NCBI GenBank assembly: GCA_040397635.1
Contig: JBBAVO010000006.1
Coordinates: 1 to 32,504 of the forward strand
Length of the DNA stretch: 32,504 nt
Source: Pirellulales bacterium
GTDB lineage: Bacteria; Planctomycetota; Planctomycetia; Pirellulales; UBA1268
Direction: 5' to 3'
A program made the translations under genes and the position numbers. Shown here piece after piece: positions 18,452 through 27,081 of this stretch. The notes beneath the pieces are model-generated. The model did no database searches. It was not told where the DNA came from and saw nothing but the letters and a program-made list of their open reading frames with translations. Position 1 is the stretch's first letter, and every line of letters begins with the position of its first letter.

Positions 18452-19738
18452 TCATCCCGAACGCACGAGCAGTTTGTCGATCCGACGGCCGTCCATGTCA
18501 ACCACCTCGATCAGCAGGCCGCGCCACCGCAGCGTGTCGCCCGTCGCGGGAATCCGCTCGAGTTCGGCGAGCACGATCCCAGATACGGTTGAATAGTCGC
18601 GAGGCACGGCGTCGAGCTTGATGCCGAGTTTTTCGGCGAGATCCTCGACGCCCGCGCCGCCGTCCACCAGCCAGGAGCCATCCTCCCGCTGGACAAACTG
18701 CGAGACCTCGTGGCGATGCTCGTCATGAATCTCGCCGACCAGTTCTTCCAGGACATCTTCGAGGGTCACCAGCCCCTCCGTGCCGCCGTATTCGTCGAGC
18801 ACGATGGCGAGCTGGTTTTTTTCCTTCTGGAAGAGTTCGAGTAGTCGGTCGAGCGGCATCGTCTCAGGCACGAACAGGGCACGGTGCATGATCTTTCGGA
18901 GTTCGATCGGCCAGCCCATCCAGTTCTGGCGGAGCACGTCCTTGAGCGACACATAGCCGAGAATGTGGTCGAGTGACCCCTCGTAGACCGGCAGCCGCGA
19001 ATAGCCGGCCATGGCGATCGCGCCGAGCACCTCGCCTGGGGGCGTTTCGATGTCGAGCGCGTCGAGGTCGATCCGTGGCCGCATGATGTCGCGGACCGTT
19101 CGCTCGCCAAGGCGGAGCGCCTCGGTCGCCACCGCCTGCTCTACGGCCTCGAGCACGCCCTCCGCGCGGCCCGCCTCGAGGAGGTGTTCGATGTCGTCCA
19201 CCGACACGGTCGGGCCATCCTGCTTGTGGGCGCCCAGCAGGGCGAGCACTGCCGACGTGGACGCGCCCATCATCCAGACGAGCGGCCGGGTGATCTGCGA
19301 GAAGATCTTCATGGCCGGGGCGGCCATGCGGGCGAAGTCCTCGGCGCGACGCAGCGCCAGCCGCTTGGGCACCAGTTCGCCGAACAGCAGCGTGACGAAT
19401 GACAGCAGTACCACGAACACCGTCAGGGCAATCGGACGGGCCATGGCATCGATCGCAGGCGGAGCGTGGGCCGTGATCCATTCGGCGAGGTCGCTCACCA
19501 AGCTGTCGCCGCCGTAGGCCGCGGCGAGCGTGCCGACCAGCGTGATCCCGATCTGGACGGTGGGCAGGAACTGGTCGGGGCTCGATGCCAGTTCGAGCGC
19601 CGTCTTCGCAGCCTTGTCGCCTGCGTCGGCCAGCTGGCGGAGGCGGCCCCGACGGCTGGCAACGATCGCCATCTCGGCCCCGGAGAAGAATCCGTTGGCG
19701 AGGATCAGGGCAAACACGAGGAGGATTTCCGGCAGCAT
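18452..19738 (-). CDS. Hemolysin-family/CNNM protein (DUF21-CBS-CorC)
   Basis: ANGFFSGAEMAIV, FGELVPKRLA, YSRLPVY, VLDEYGGTEGLVTLEDVLEELVGEI. Alternative GTG start at 19765 overlaps the proB stop. Confidence 0.93.
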   Translation of the reverse strand: MLPEILLVFALILANGFFSGAEMAIVASRRGRLRQLADAGDKAAKTALELASSPDQFLPTVQIGITLVGTLAAAYGGDSLVSDLAEWITAHAPPAIDAMARPIALTVFVVLLSFVTLLFGELVPKRLALRRAEDFARMAAPAMKIFSQITRPLVWMMGASTSAVLALLGAHKQDGPTVSVDDIEHLLEAGRAEGVLEAVEQAVATEALRLGERTVRDIMRPRIDLDALDIETPPGEVLGAIAMAGYSRLPVYEGSLDHILGYVSLKDVLRQNWMGWPIELRKIMHRALFVPETMPLDRLLELFQKEKNQLAIVLDEYGGTEGLVTLEDVLEELVGEIHDEHRHEVSQFVQREDGSWLVDGGAGVEDLAEKLGIKLDAVPRDYSTVSGIVLAELERIPATGDTLRWRGLLIEVVDMDGRRIDKLLVRSG

Positions 19739-19761
19739 GCGTGGATCCGATCGGGGTGGAA

Positions 19762-21015
19762 TCACCGTGGCGCGGCGGCGCCGTTGTCAGGGTCCGTGTC
19801 GTCCCCGCCGATCGGACTCGCCATGTTGATCGGGCCATCCCGGTTCATTGGGCCATTCACATTCAGCGGGCCATCTCGGCTGATGACCGCGAGATTGTCG
19901 CGGTGCACCACTTCCTCGTAGGGGAAGGAGCCCAGCACGGCGGCGATCTGCTCCGTCTTGAGGCCAGCGATCCGCCGCAGTTCATCGAGGGAGTAGTTGA
20001 CGAGTCCACGGGCAAAAACCCGGCCGTCGGAAGTGGCCAGGGAGACCACGTCGCCGGTCGCGAATGAACCCTCGATTGCGGTGATGCCCGCCGCGAGCAG
20101 ACTGCGGCCCCGGTCCACGACCGCCTCACGCGCCCCGGCATCGACGATCACCTTGCCGCGTGCGTCGGCCGACCATCCCAGCCACCGCTTCCAGGCGGGC
20201 ATGGTCGTTTCCCGGCCCACGAAAAGCGTACCCGAGCTTTCGCCGCGGCAGATCTGCTCGAGCACATGGTCGTCGCGGCCAGAGGCGATGATGCAGTGGC
20301 CTCCCGCCTCGGTGACGATCCCAGCCGCCGCTATTTTGCTCGCCATGCCTCCCTTGGAGAGGCCTCCCAGACGGTCGCGGGCCAGGGCGGCCACAGATGC
20401 GTCGATTCGAGGCACGGTGACGAGCCGGGTGGCGGATGGGTCGGACGGGTGGCGGTCGAAGAGCCCCTCGACGTCGGAGAGGAGCACGAGCAGGGGCGCG
20501 CCGAGCAGCGTGGCCACAAGCGCCGCGAGGCGATCGTTGTCGCCGAAGGAGGTTCGCAATTCCTCCACGCTCACGGTGTCGTTTTCGTTGATGATCGGGA
20601 TCGCCCCGTAGTCGAGCAGGGCGCGAAGCGTGTTGCGGATGTTGAGGTAGCGGGCGCGGTCCTTGAGATCGTCCGCCACCAGCAGCACCTGCGCGGCGTG
20701 GCGGCCCTGGGCCCGCAACACCCGCTCGTAGGCCTCGATCAGACAGCTCTGGCCGATCGCCGCCACGGCCTGCAGGTGGGCCAGTTCCTGGGGCCGCTTG
20801 GTCAGCCCCATCCGTCCCATGCCCGCCCCCACGGCGCCGGAGCTGACGAGCACGACCTGTCGCCCTTGGGCCAGGATGGAGTCGAACTGCCGGCCGAGCG
20901 TCTCGATCCGCGCGTTGTCCAGCAGGCCGTCGGGGCCGGTGAGCACGCGGGTACCGACCTTGACGACGATCAGGTTGGCGGAAGCGGCGAGGTCCGAACG
21001 AAGCGGGTCAGTCAT
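19762..21015 (-). CDS. proB: Glutamate 5-kinase (with PUA domain)
   Basis: VVKVGT, VSSGAVGAG, INENDTV, FGDNDRLAA, GGMASK, PUA domain ARGLVNYS and EVVHRDNL. Start set at MTDPLR. Confidence 0.96.
   Translation of the reverse strand: MTDPLRSDLAASANLIVVKVGTRVLTGPDGLLDNARIETLGRQFDSILAQGRQVVLVSSGAVGAGMGRMGLTKRPQELAHLQAVAAIGQSCLIEAYERVLRAQGRHAAQVLLVADDLKDRARYLNIRNTLRALLDYGAIPIINENDTVSVEELRTSFGDNDRLAALVATLLGAPLLVLLSDVEGLFDRHPSDPSATRLVTVPRIDASVAALARDRLGGLSKGGMASKIAAAGIVTEAGGHCIIASGRDDHVLEQICRGESSGTLFVGRETTMPAWKRWLGWSADARGKVIVDAGAREAVVDRGRSLLAAGITAIEGSFATGDVVSLATSDGRVFARGLVNYSLDELRRIAGLKTEQIAAVLGSFPYEEVVHRDNLAVISRDGPLNVNGPMNRDGPINMASPIGGDDTDPDNGAAAPR
19825..19878 (-). repeat. Three imperfect 18-nt tandem repeats in the ProB C-terminal tail
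   Basis: Encode RDGPLN-VNGPMN-RDGPIN. Confidence 0.7.
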
Positions 21016-21166
21016 GGGCCAGTGGTGGGGTGGCAAATCGGATATTTCCCTGGACACGCATCGTACCGTTGGCGGGGGAGGGGAGGCCACAGAGACGGAC
21101 TGCTGCGGCCGAGACGGCGTCGAAACCTGCTGCGGCCTGCAAATCACCGCACGTGCGAGCCACTGG

Positions 21167-21196
21167 TTGAGGCGGTCGGGCCCGAGGGCGTATAGT
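21167..21196 (+). promoter_or_regulatory. Possible sigma70 promoter for purF
   Basis: TTGAGG (21167-21172), 18-nt spacer, TATAGT (21191-21196). Confidence 0.5.
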
Positions 21197-21291
21197 GCGG
21201 TTGTGCCGGGCTAGGACAGGACTCAGACAGGACTAGGACTACGGCCAGCCCTCCGCCGGGCATCTGCGGAACACCTTTCGGGGCCGTGCGC

Positions 21292-22878
21292 TTGAGCGAA
21301 CTGCACCACGAGTGCGGGTTGGTAGCCATCTACCACCTGCCGTGCCGCGATGGGGCCGATCCGAGCCACCTCTGCCCCGCTCAGGGGCCGGAGGAGGTGT
21401 CGCGTCTTGTGCCGCGGATGCTCCTCGACATCCAAAACCGCGGCCAGCTCTCCGCTGGAATGACCGTCTGGAACCCCGAACGCAGCCAACTCCTTGCCAC
21501 CATCAAGGACGTCGGCAGCGTGAGCGAGGTGTTTCGCCTCAGCCACCGCGGCAAGTACGAGGCTCTGATGGCGCAGCACACCGGCCGGGCCGCCATTGGC
21601 CACGTCCGCTACGCCACCTGCGGCGCCGAGGACCGCGGCTATGCCCAGCCGCTGGAGCGCCCGCACATTCAGAAGCGGAAATGGTTTTCCTTCGGGTTCA
21701 ACGGGCAGCTGGCCAATTACATGGAGCTGCGGGCCGAAATCCTCGCCAACGATGAGAACCATCTGGCCCGCGACAACGACACCGAAGTGATCATGCACGC
21801 CATTGGCAACGAACTGTCGGGCGCCGCCGATCCAGATCCCATCGAACTGCTCGCGACGATCTCGAAGCGATTCGACGGTGCCTGGAACATCGCCATGCTC
21901 GACGCCTGCGGCCGAATGATCGTGGCCCGCGATCCGCTCGGCATCCGTCCGATGGAATACGCCCAGCTCGGCCCCCTCGTCGCCGCGGCCAGCGAGAGCG
22001 TCGCCCTGCTCAACCTCGGCTTCCCAGCCGAGTCGATCCGGTCACTCGAGCCGGGGACGGCGCTCATCGTCGATGGTGCGACCGTGCGTGTGGAACGGTT
22101 TGCTGAGAGCCCGAAGCAGGCCCATTGCTTCTTCGAATGGGTCTATTTCGCCAACGTCGCGAGCACGATGGACGACCGCAGCGTGTATCTGTCGCGGAAG
22201 CAGCTCGGCGAAGAGCTTGCCCGTCTGGAGACGATCCCGATCGACGCCGATACCGTCGTCGTGCCCGTTCCCGACACGAGTAAGGCGGCCGCCGACGCCA
22301 TGGCCTACCGGCTCTCGATCCCGTCGGTGGAAGGGCTGATCCGCAATCGCTATACGGGCCGCACGTTCATCGATGGCGCCTCGAGCCGTCGGCAGAAGGC
22401 TGAATCGAAATACACGCCGCTCCGTGAGGTGCTGGAGGGCAAGCGGGTGATTCTTGTCGAGGATTCGATCGTGCGAAGCACGACGATGAAGGTGCTCTTG
22501 GGCCGGATGCGGTCACTGGGGCTGGCTCGTGAGATTCACGTGCGGATCGCCTGCCCGCCGATCGTCGCACCCTGCTTCTACGGCATCGACATGTCCACGA
22601 TCGACGAACTGTTCGCCCCGCAGTTTCTCCGAGATGGCGTGCTCACCGAGGAGGCCCAGGCGGAGATGGCCGCACGGCTGGGGGCCGACTCGCTCCGGTA
22701 TCTACCGGTGGAGTCAGTGGCGAGATCGATTGGATTCGAGCCGTCGCAGCTCTGCCAGGCCTGCCTGACGGGCAAGTATCCCACGCCCGCTGGCGAGCGG
22801 CTCTACGAGATCGCCCTCACGCACACGGGCCGGAATGGCTCGGATCGCGGCGGCTCCGGCCGCACCTACGAGCCTGCC

Positions 22879-22890
<12 letters not shown>
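21292..22890 (+). CDS. purF: Amidophosphoribosyltransferase
   Basis: Short propeptide then ECG (Ntn Cys), [50 protein letters not shown] start at 21292 likely. Confidence 0.96.
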
Positions 22891-23565
<675 letters not shown>

Positions 23566-23620
23566 GGGAGCGTGCAAAGGCCGGTGGGGCCAAGAGTTGT
23601 GGCAGGAGTCATGGCCAGGG

Positions 23621-24145
23621 TCATTCGGCCGGGGTGCCCGTGGCGCTGGCGAGTGCATCGACCGGCAGGGGCACGCCCTTGATCATGCCATCCACGACGA
23701 TTCGATCACGGACAAGTCCCTGGAAGCGGCAGACGATCATCGCACGAGGCCGGACCCGCACCCGCTCCACCGCGATCACCAGCCGGTCGCCGGGCACCAC
23801 CGGCTCGCGGAATCGCACCTCCTCCAGACCACCGAAGCCGATCACCTTGGCGTCGAGCAGGTTGTAGCGATGGGTGTAGTAGCTGGAGAGTTGGGCGGCA
23901 GCCTCGCACATCATGACGCCGGGCATCAGCGGCATGACGGGGAAATGGCCACGCACCCAGAACTCGTCGCGGGTGATGTCCTTGTAGCCCACGCACAGAC
24001 CACGAGACTGATCCTCGTGCACGATCGCCGTCAACTGCTCCATCTCGAAACGCTGCATATTCCAGCGGCGGATCTCGTGGATGTCGGCGATGACGTGATC
24101 GAGGTCGTACTCGCTCGGATGGATGATGTAGTCGCGCGGGGCCAC
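23621..24145 (-). CDS. fabZ: 3-hydroxyacyl-ACP dehydratase FabZ/FabA family
   Basis: EFWVRGHFPVMPLMPGVMMCEAAAQ, VRFREPVVPGDRL. GTG start at 24145 likely. Confidence 0.85.
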   Translation of the reverse strand: MAPRDYIIHPSEYDLDHVIADIHEIRRWNMQRFEMEQLTAIVHEDQSRGLCVGYKDITRDEFWVRGHFPVMPLMPGVMMCEAAAQLSSYYTHRYNLLDAKVIGFGGLEEVRFREPVVPGDRLVIAVERVRVRPRAMIVCRFQGLVRDRIVVDGMIKGVPLPVDALASATGTPAE

Positions 24146-24167
24146 TGCGTTCGCCCTCCGATCCGTC

Positions 24168-24266
24168 TCAGGTACGAATGTGCTTCCGCTTGGCCTTGCG
24201 GGCCTTGCTGTTGGCGGGCCGGGAGCCATGGTTGGCTTTTTTGAGGGTGCGATGCGGCTTGGCCAT
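24168..24266 (-). CDS. Small basic protein, bL37-like 50S ribosomal protein (32 aa)
   Basis: MAKPHRTLKKANHGSRPANSKARKAKRKHIRT; KANHGxRP matches the core of mycobacterial bL37; GGAG Shine-Dalgarno 6 nt upstream of the ATG. Confidence 0.8.
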   Translation of the reverse strand: MAKPHRTLKKANHGSRPANSKARKAKRKHIRT

Positions 24267-24379
24267 TGGAAACTCCAAAATCGGGGTGGTCGGGAATGGG
24301 TCACGCATAACGCGGGACGGCGAGTTGTACCATGCCATCGGACGCGGTTCCATCCTGATGCGCAGCCGTCGAAACAGGC

Positions 24380-24907
24380 TCATGCCCGCCGCTGCGAGGG
24401 GGACGCGGTACCGTCCGGTGGCCGAGTTGCCGCGCGCTCCGCGGCCAGCGACTCCCGGAGACTGGCGCGGACGATTTCCACGAAGCTCGCCCCCAGGAAT
24501 CCCAGCAGCCCTCCCACAACGGCCGACGAACCGCCACCCAGCAGGGCCCCCGCCGGCGAACTGGCGGTGAGCCAGAGGAGTGAGAGCGTGCCCGCGGTGC
24601 CGCCGCAGGCCGCGCCGATTCCGGCCGAGATCGGCACCAGTCGCCCGAGGCTGGAGCGGCGTTCGAGGTGCGTGGGACCTGAGGCGGGAAGGGGAGCGGA
24701 GGCGGGCAGGGCGGTATTACGACGCAGGGCAAGATCATGGTCGGTCGCCTCGCGAAGCCGTGTGCCGATGGCGTTGCCGGCGACGTGCATGGCCACGCTG
24801 GCCAGCAGCACTGCCGCGGCCATCCAGCCGGCGAGACCGAGCCAGCCGATCGCGGCGCAGGCGATCGCCAGCACGACCGCCAACCAAGAATAGGTGACCA
24901 AACGCAT
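24380..24907 (-). CDS. Hypothetical membrane protein (about 4 TM)
   Basis: Hydrophobic segments; AGGAG upstream of the ATG; fills the gap on the coding strand. Confidence 0.7.
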   Translation of the reverse strand: MRLVTYSWLAVVLAIACAAIGWLGLAGWMAAAVLLASVAMHVAGNAIGTRLREATDHDLALRRNTALPASAPLPASGPTHLERRSSLGRLVPISAGIGAACGGTAGTLSLLWLTASSPAGALLGGGSSAVVGGLLGFLGASFVEIVRASLRESLAAERAATRPPDGTASPSQRRA

Positions 24908-25050
24908 GCAACTCGCTCCTGCCCGTAGTTTAGACCCGATCAGCTGGGAAGCGTAGCGGGGCGGTCAACGGTGCTGCCGGGAAGATGCCACGCTCGTTGA
25001 CTGGCATGGCAGGATGCCATGCGCAGCACCGGCAAACTGCGTTTGCCAAG

Positions 25051-25076
25051 AAAAAATCGCACGATGCGATGTTTTT
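25051..25076. terminator. Possible bidirectional intrinsic terminator
   Basis: A-tract, ATCGCA-cga-TGCGAT stem, T-tract; lies downstream of the minus-strand prenyltransferase-fold genes. The stem is only 6 bp. Confidence 0.4.
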
Positions 25077-25121
25077 CGTGAAGACAGCTCCTCGAGCTTC
25101 CGCCGATCCCGGCTCCGTCAT

Positions 25122-25270
25122 GTGGCGGCAAGTTTTTAACTTGTCCGTTCTCCGGCTCCCCCGTGGCGGCAAGTTTTAAACTTGTTCGTTCTCCGGCTCC
25201 CCCGTGGCGGCAAGTTTTAAACTTGTTCGTGTCCCAGCATCGATTCCACAAGTTAAAAACTCGTGGCCAC
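25122..25270. repeat. REP/BIME-like array: three direct copies at 41-nt period plus one inverted copy
   Basis: GTGGCGGCAAGTTTTWAACTTGT at 25122, 25163 and 25204; inverted copy 25248-25270 (reverse complement GTGGCCACGAGTTTTTAACTTGT); internal palindrome CAAGTT...AACTTG. Confidence 0.85.
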
Positions 25271-25312
25271 GGATCGAACTCCTTCGGTCTCGTCCTTCAT
25301 GCCGAGACAGCC

Positions 25313-26935
25313 TCAAAACTCCGACTCGACCGCCTCTTGCCGGTAGATCGGCAGCAGCCGGTAGTAGACCTCGAGCGTGAGGATCGCCAGGGCCGTGTGG
25401 GCGAGCCGACCGCCCGGGGCCGTGTCGCGGTCGTCGAAGGACCAGCTGCCGGCCTCATGGGCGACCCGCGTCTGCTGCGCGACGAGCTGATCGCGGTTCT
25501 TCATGTTCCACCGTGGCCAGACCGGGTGGTCGTACTGCACGAGCGCCTGCGCGAGATAGAAGTTCTGGTAAATGGCCTGGGGAGCCGGGCCTGGCTTGGC
25601 GAGCGCGGTGAGGCCGCGGTTCAGGGCCTCCTGCTCCGGGCCCCAGCCGGTATACATCCGGCAGAGCAGGCCGATCGCCGACGTGCAGGGCTTGGCAGAC
25701 GGGCTGCGGTAGCCGTAGGCCGCGCCATTCAGAGTCTGCACGCGGTCGAGAAACCGTCGCACGCCGTCGATCGTCGGCGAGGGAGCCTCGAGGCCGGCGA
25801 GCTGCGCACTTTTGAGCGCGGCGAGCTGCCAGGCAGTGACCGTGGTGTCGCCGGACTGGCCGGGCAGATACCGCCAGCCGCCGCTGTGCATGTCTTGGGC
25901 GGTCTCGATGAAGCGGACGGCGTCTCGCACAGGCGGCACGAGCATGTCGTCTTTCGTCATGCCGAGCGCCTCGGCCAGGGCGAGTGTCGTCACGCCATGG
26001 CCATACATGTTGCCCTCGCAGAAATCGCTGCCGCGGGGCGTGCGCTGCACCCGGCTGAGCAGGTAGTAGATGCCGCGCGAGACCGTCTCCTGATAGCGGC
26101 CATCGACATGGGTGTGTCCGGCTCCAAGGAAGGGCAACAATGCGATCGCAGTGCTGGCGGTGGAACTGGTGAGCGAGCCTGGATCGCGGCAGGCGCCGTT
26201 GCAGCGGCAGCCGCTCAAGTCAAACTGCCAGGAGCCGTTGACGGCCTGGTGCAGCGCCAGCCACTCGAGCCCCCGCTCGACGGCCGCCTCGCTGGCCGCA
26301 TTCCCGCCGCGGCCACGGACCGAGGCGGCGCGGCCGGTGCCGGTTCGCGATGCAAAGGGTTTGCCATCAGGCGGGCCCCCGCCGATCGCGGCACGGGCGC
26401 CGGTTCGGCCTGCCGCCGCAGGACGGGTCGGGCCGCCGCGGGCGGAGACCGGCTGCGCGATCGGACCTCCTGCCAGAAGCTGGGCGAACGCCTGATCGGC
26501 CGGGGGGCCCTCTGTCGCGGACTCTTCGGGCAGCGGATCAACGGCCGGCGGCGGCTCGATCGCAGCCATTGCCACGAGGGGTGGTTCGTCCACCAGCGGT
26601 GGTTCAGCGACAGCGGCCGATGCGCTGGCCTGTGCCATGGCTTCGCTGCCGGCACCCGCGTCGGGCGCACCGATATCCACGGCAGCCGCCGAGTCGCCCT
26701 CGGCATCGTCCACGGGCTGCTGACTGATGGAAAACACCAACGGACGGAGCCGGGGCGGCGGCTTTTTCTCCTGTGCAAAAATGGCCAGCAGTATGCAGAG
26801 AAGCAGATGCCCGGCCAGGCTCAGATAGCCTGACCGCACGACCGGACTCCGCACCACGCGATCGACCCATGGCGTCGCCCCCGGCTCTGGCGGCGCCGGC
26901 GGCGTCAATTCCATCGAGAGAGATTCGGCTTCCAT
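25313..26935 (-). CDS. Membrane-anchored prenyltransferase/squalene oxidase repeat protein (paralog 1)
   Basis: Single TM, Pro/Ala/acidic linker, QW-like repeats (WLALHQAVNGSW, AQDMHSGGWRY), C-terminal LEVYYRLLPIY. Start uncertain (26914, 26935 or 27031). Confidence 0.85.
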   Translation of the reverse strand: MEAESLSMELTPPAPPEPGATPWVDRVVRSPVVRSGYLSLAGHLLLCILLAIFAQEKKPPPRLRPLVFSISQQPVDDAEGDSAAAVDIGAPDAGAGSEAMAQASASAAVAEPPLVDEPPLVAMAAIEPPPAVDPLPEESATEGPPADQAFAQLLAGGPIAQPVSARGGPTRPAAAGRTGARAAIGGGPPDGKPFASRTGTGRAASVRGRGGNAASEAAVERGLEWLALHQAVNGSWQFDLSGCRCNGACRDPGSLTSSTASTAIALLPFLGAGHTHVDGRYQETVSRGIYYLLSRVQRTPRGSDFCEGNMYGHGVTTLALAEALGMTKDDMLVPPVRDAVRFIETAQDMHSGGWRYLPGQSGDTTVTAWQLAALKSAQLAGLEAPSPTIDGVRRFLDRVQTLNGAAYGYRSPSAKPCTSAIGLLCRMYTGWGPEQEALNRGLTALAKPGPAPQAIYQNFYLAQALVQYDHPVWPRWNMKNRDQLVAQQTRVAHEAGSWSFDDRDTAPGGRLAHTALAILTLEVYYRLLPIYRQEAVESEF

Positions 26936-27081
26936 CGAGACGACCTCGTGGCTGACTTTTCCGATTGGGGAAAGCCTACCCTCGCGACCGCGGCCCTGCG
27001 TCCGCGCAGACGGCGATCCCATCAGGCCCACGAATGGGTTATCGACGCCCGCTCCTCGCGGGCTGAAGCCGGGCGATGAAA

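Noticed and set aside
16549-18501. 650-aa minus-strand ORF, and similar long ORFs at 2260-3591, 5261-6556, 13934-15133, 15527-16747, 25163-26833 and 29603-30670
   Set aside because: These are antisense shadows of well-supported genes, expected with high-GC codon bias; none has recognisable motifs.
25122-25270. CRISPR array
   Set aside because: The linkers between repeats are identical and only 18 nt, the last copy is inverted, and no cas genes are nearby.
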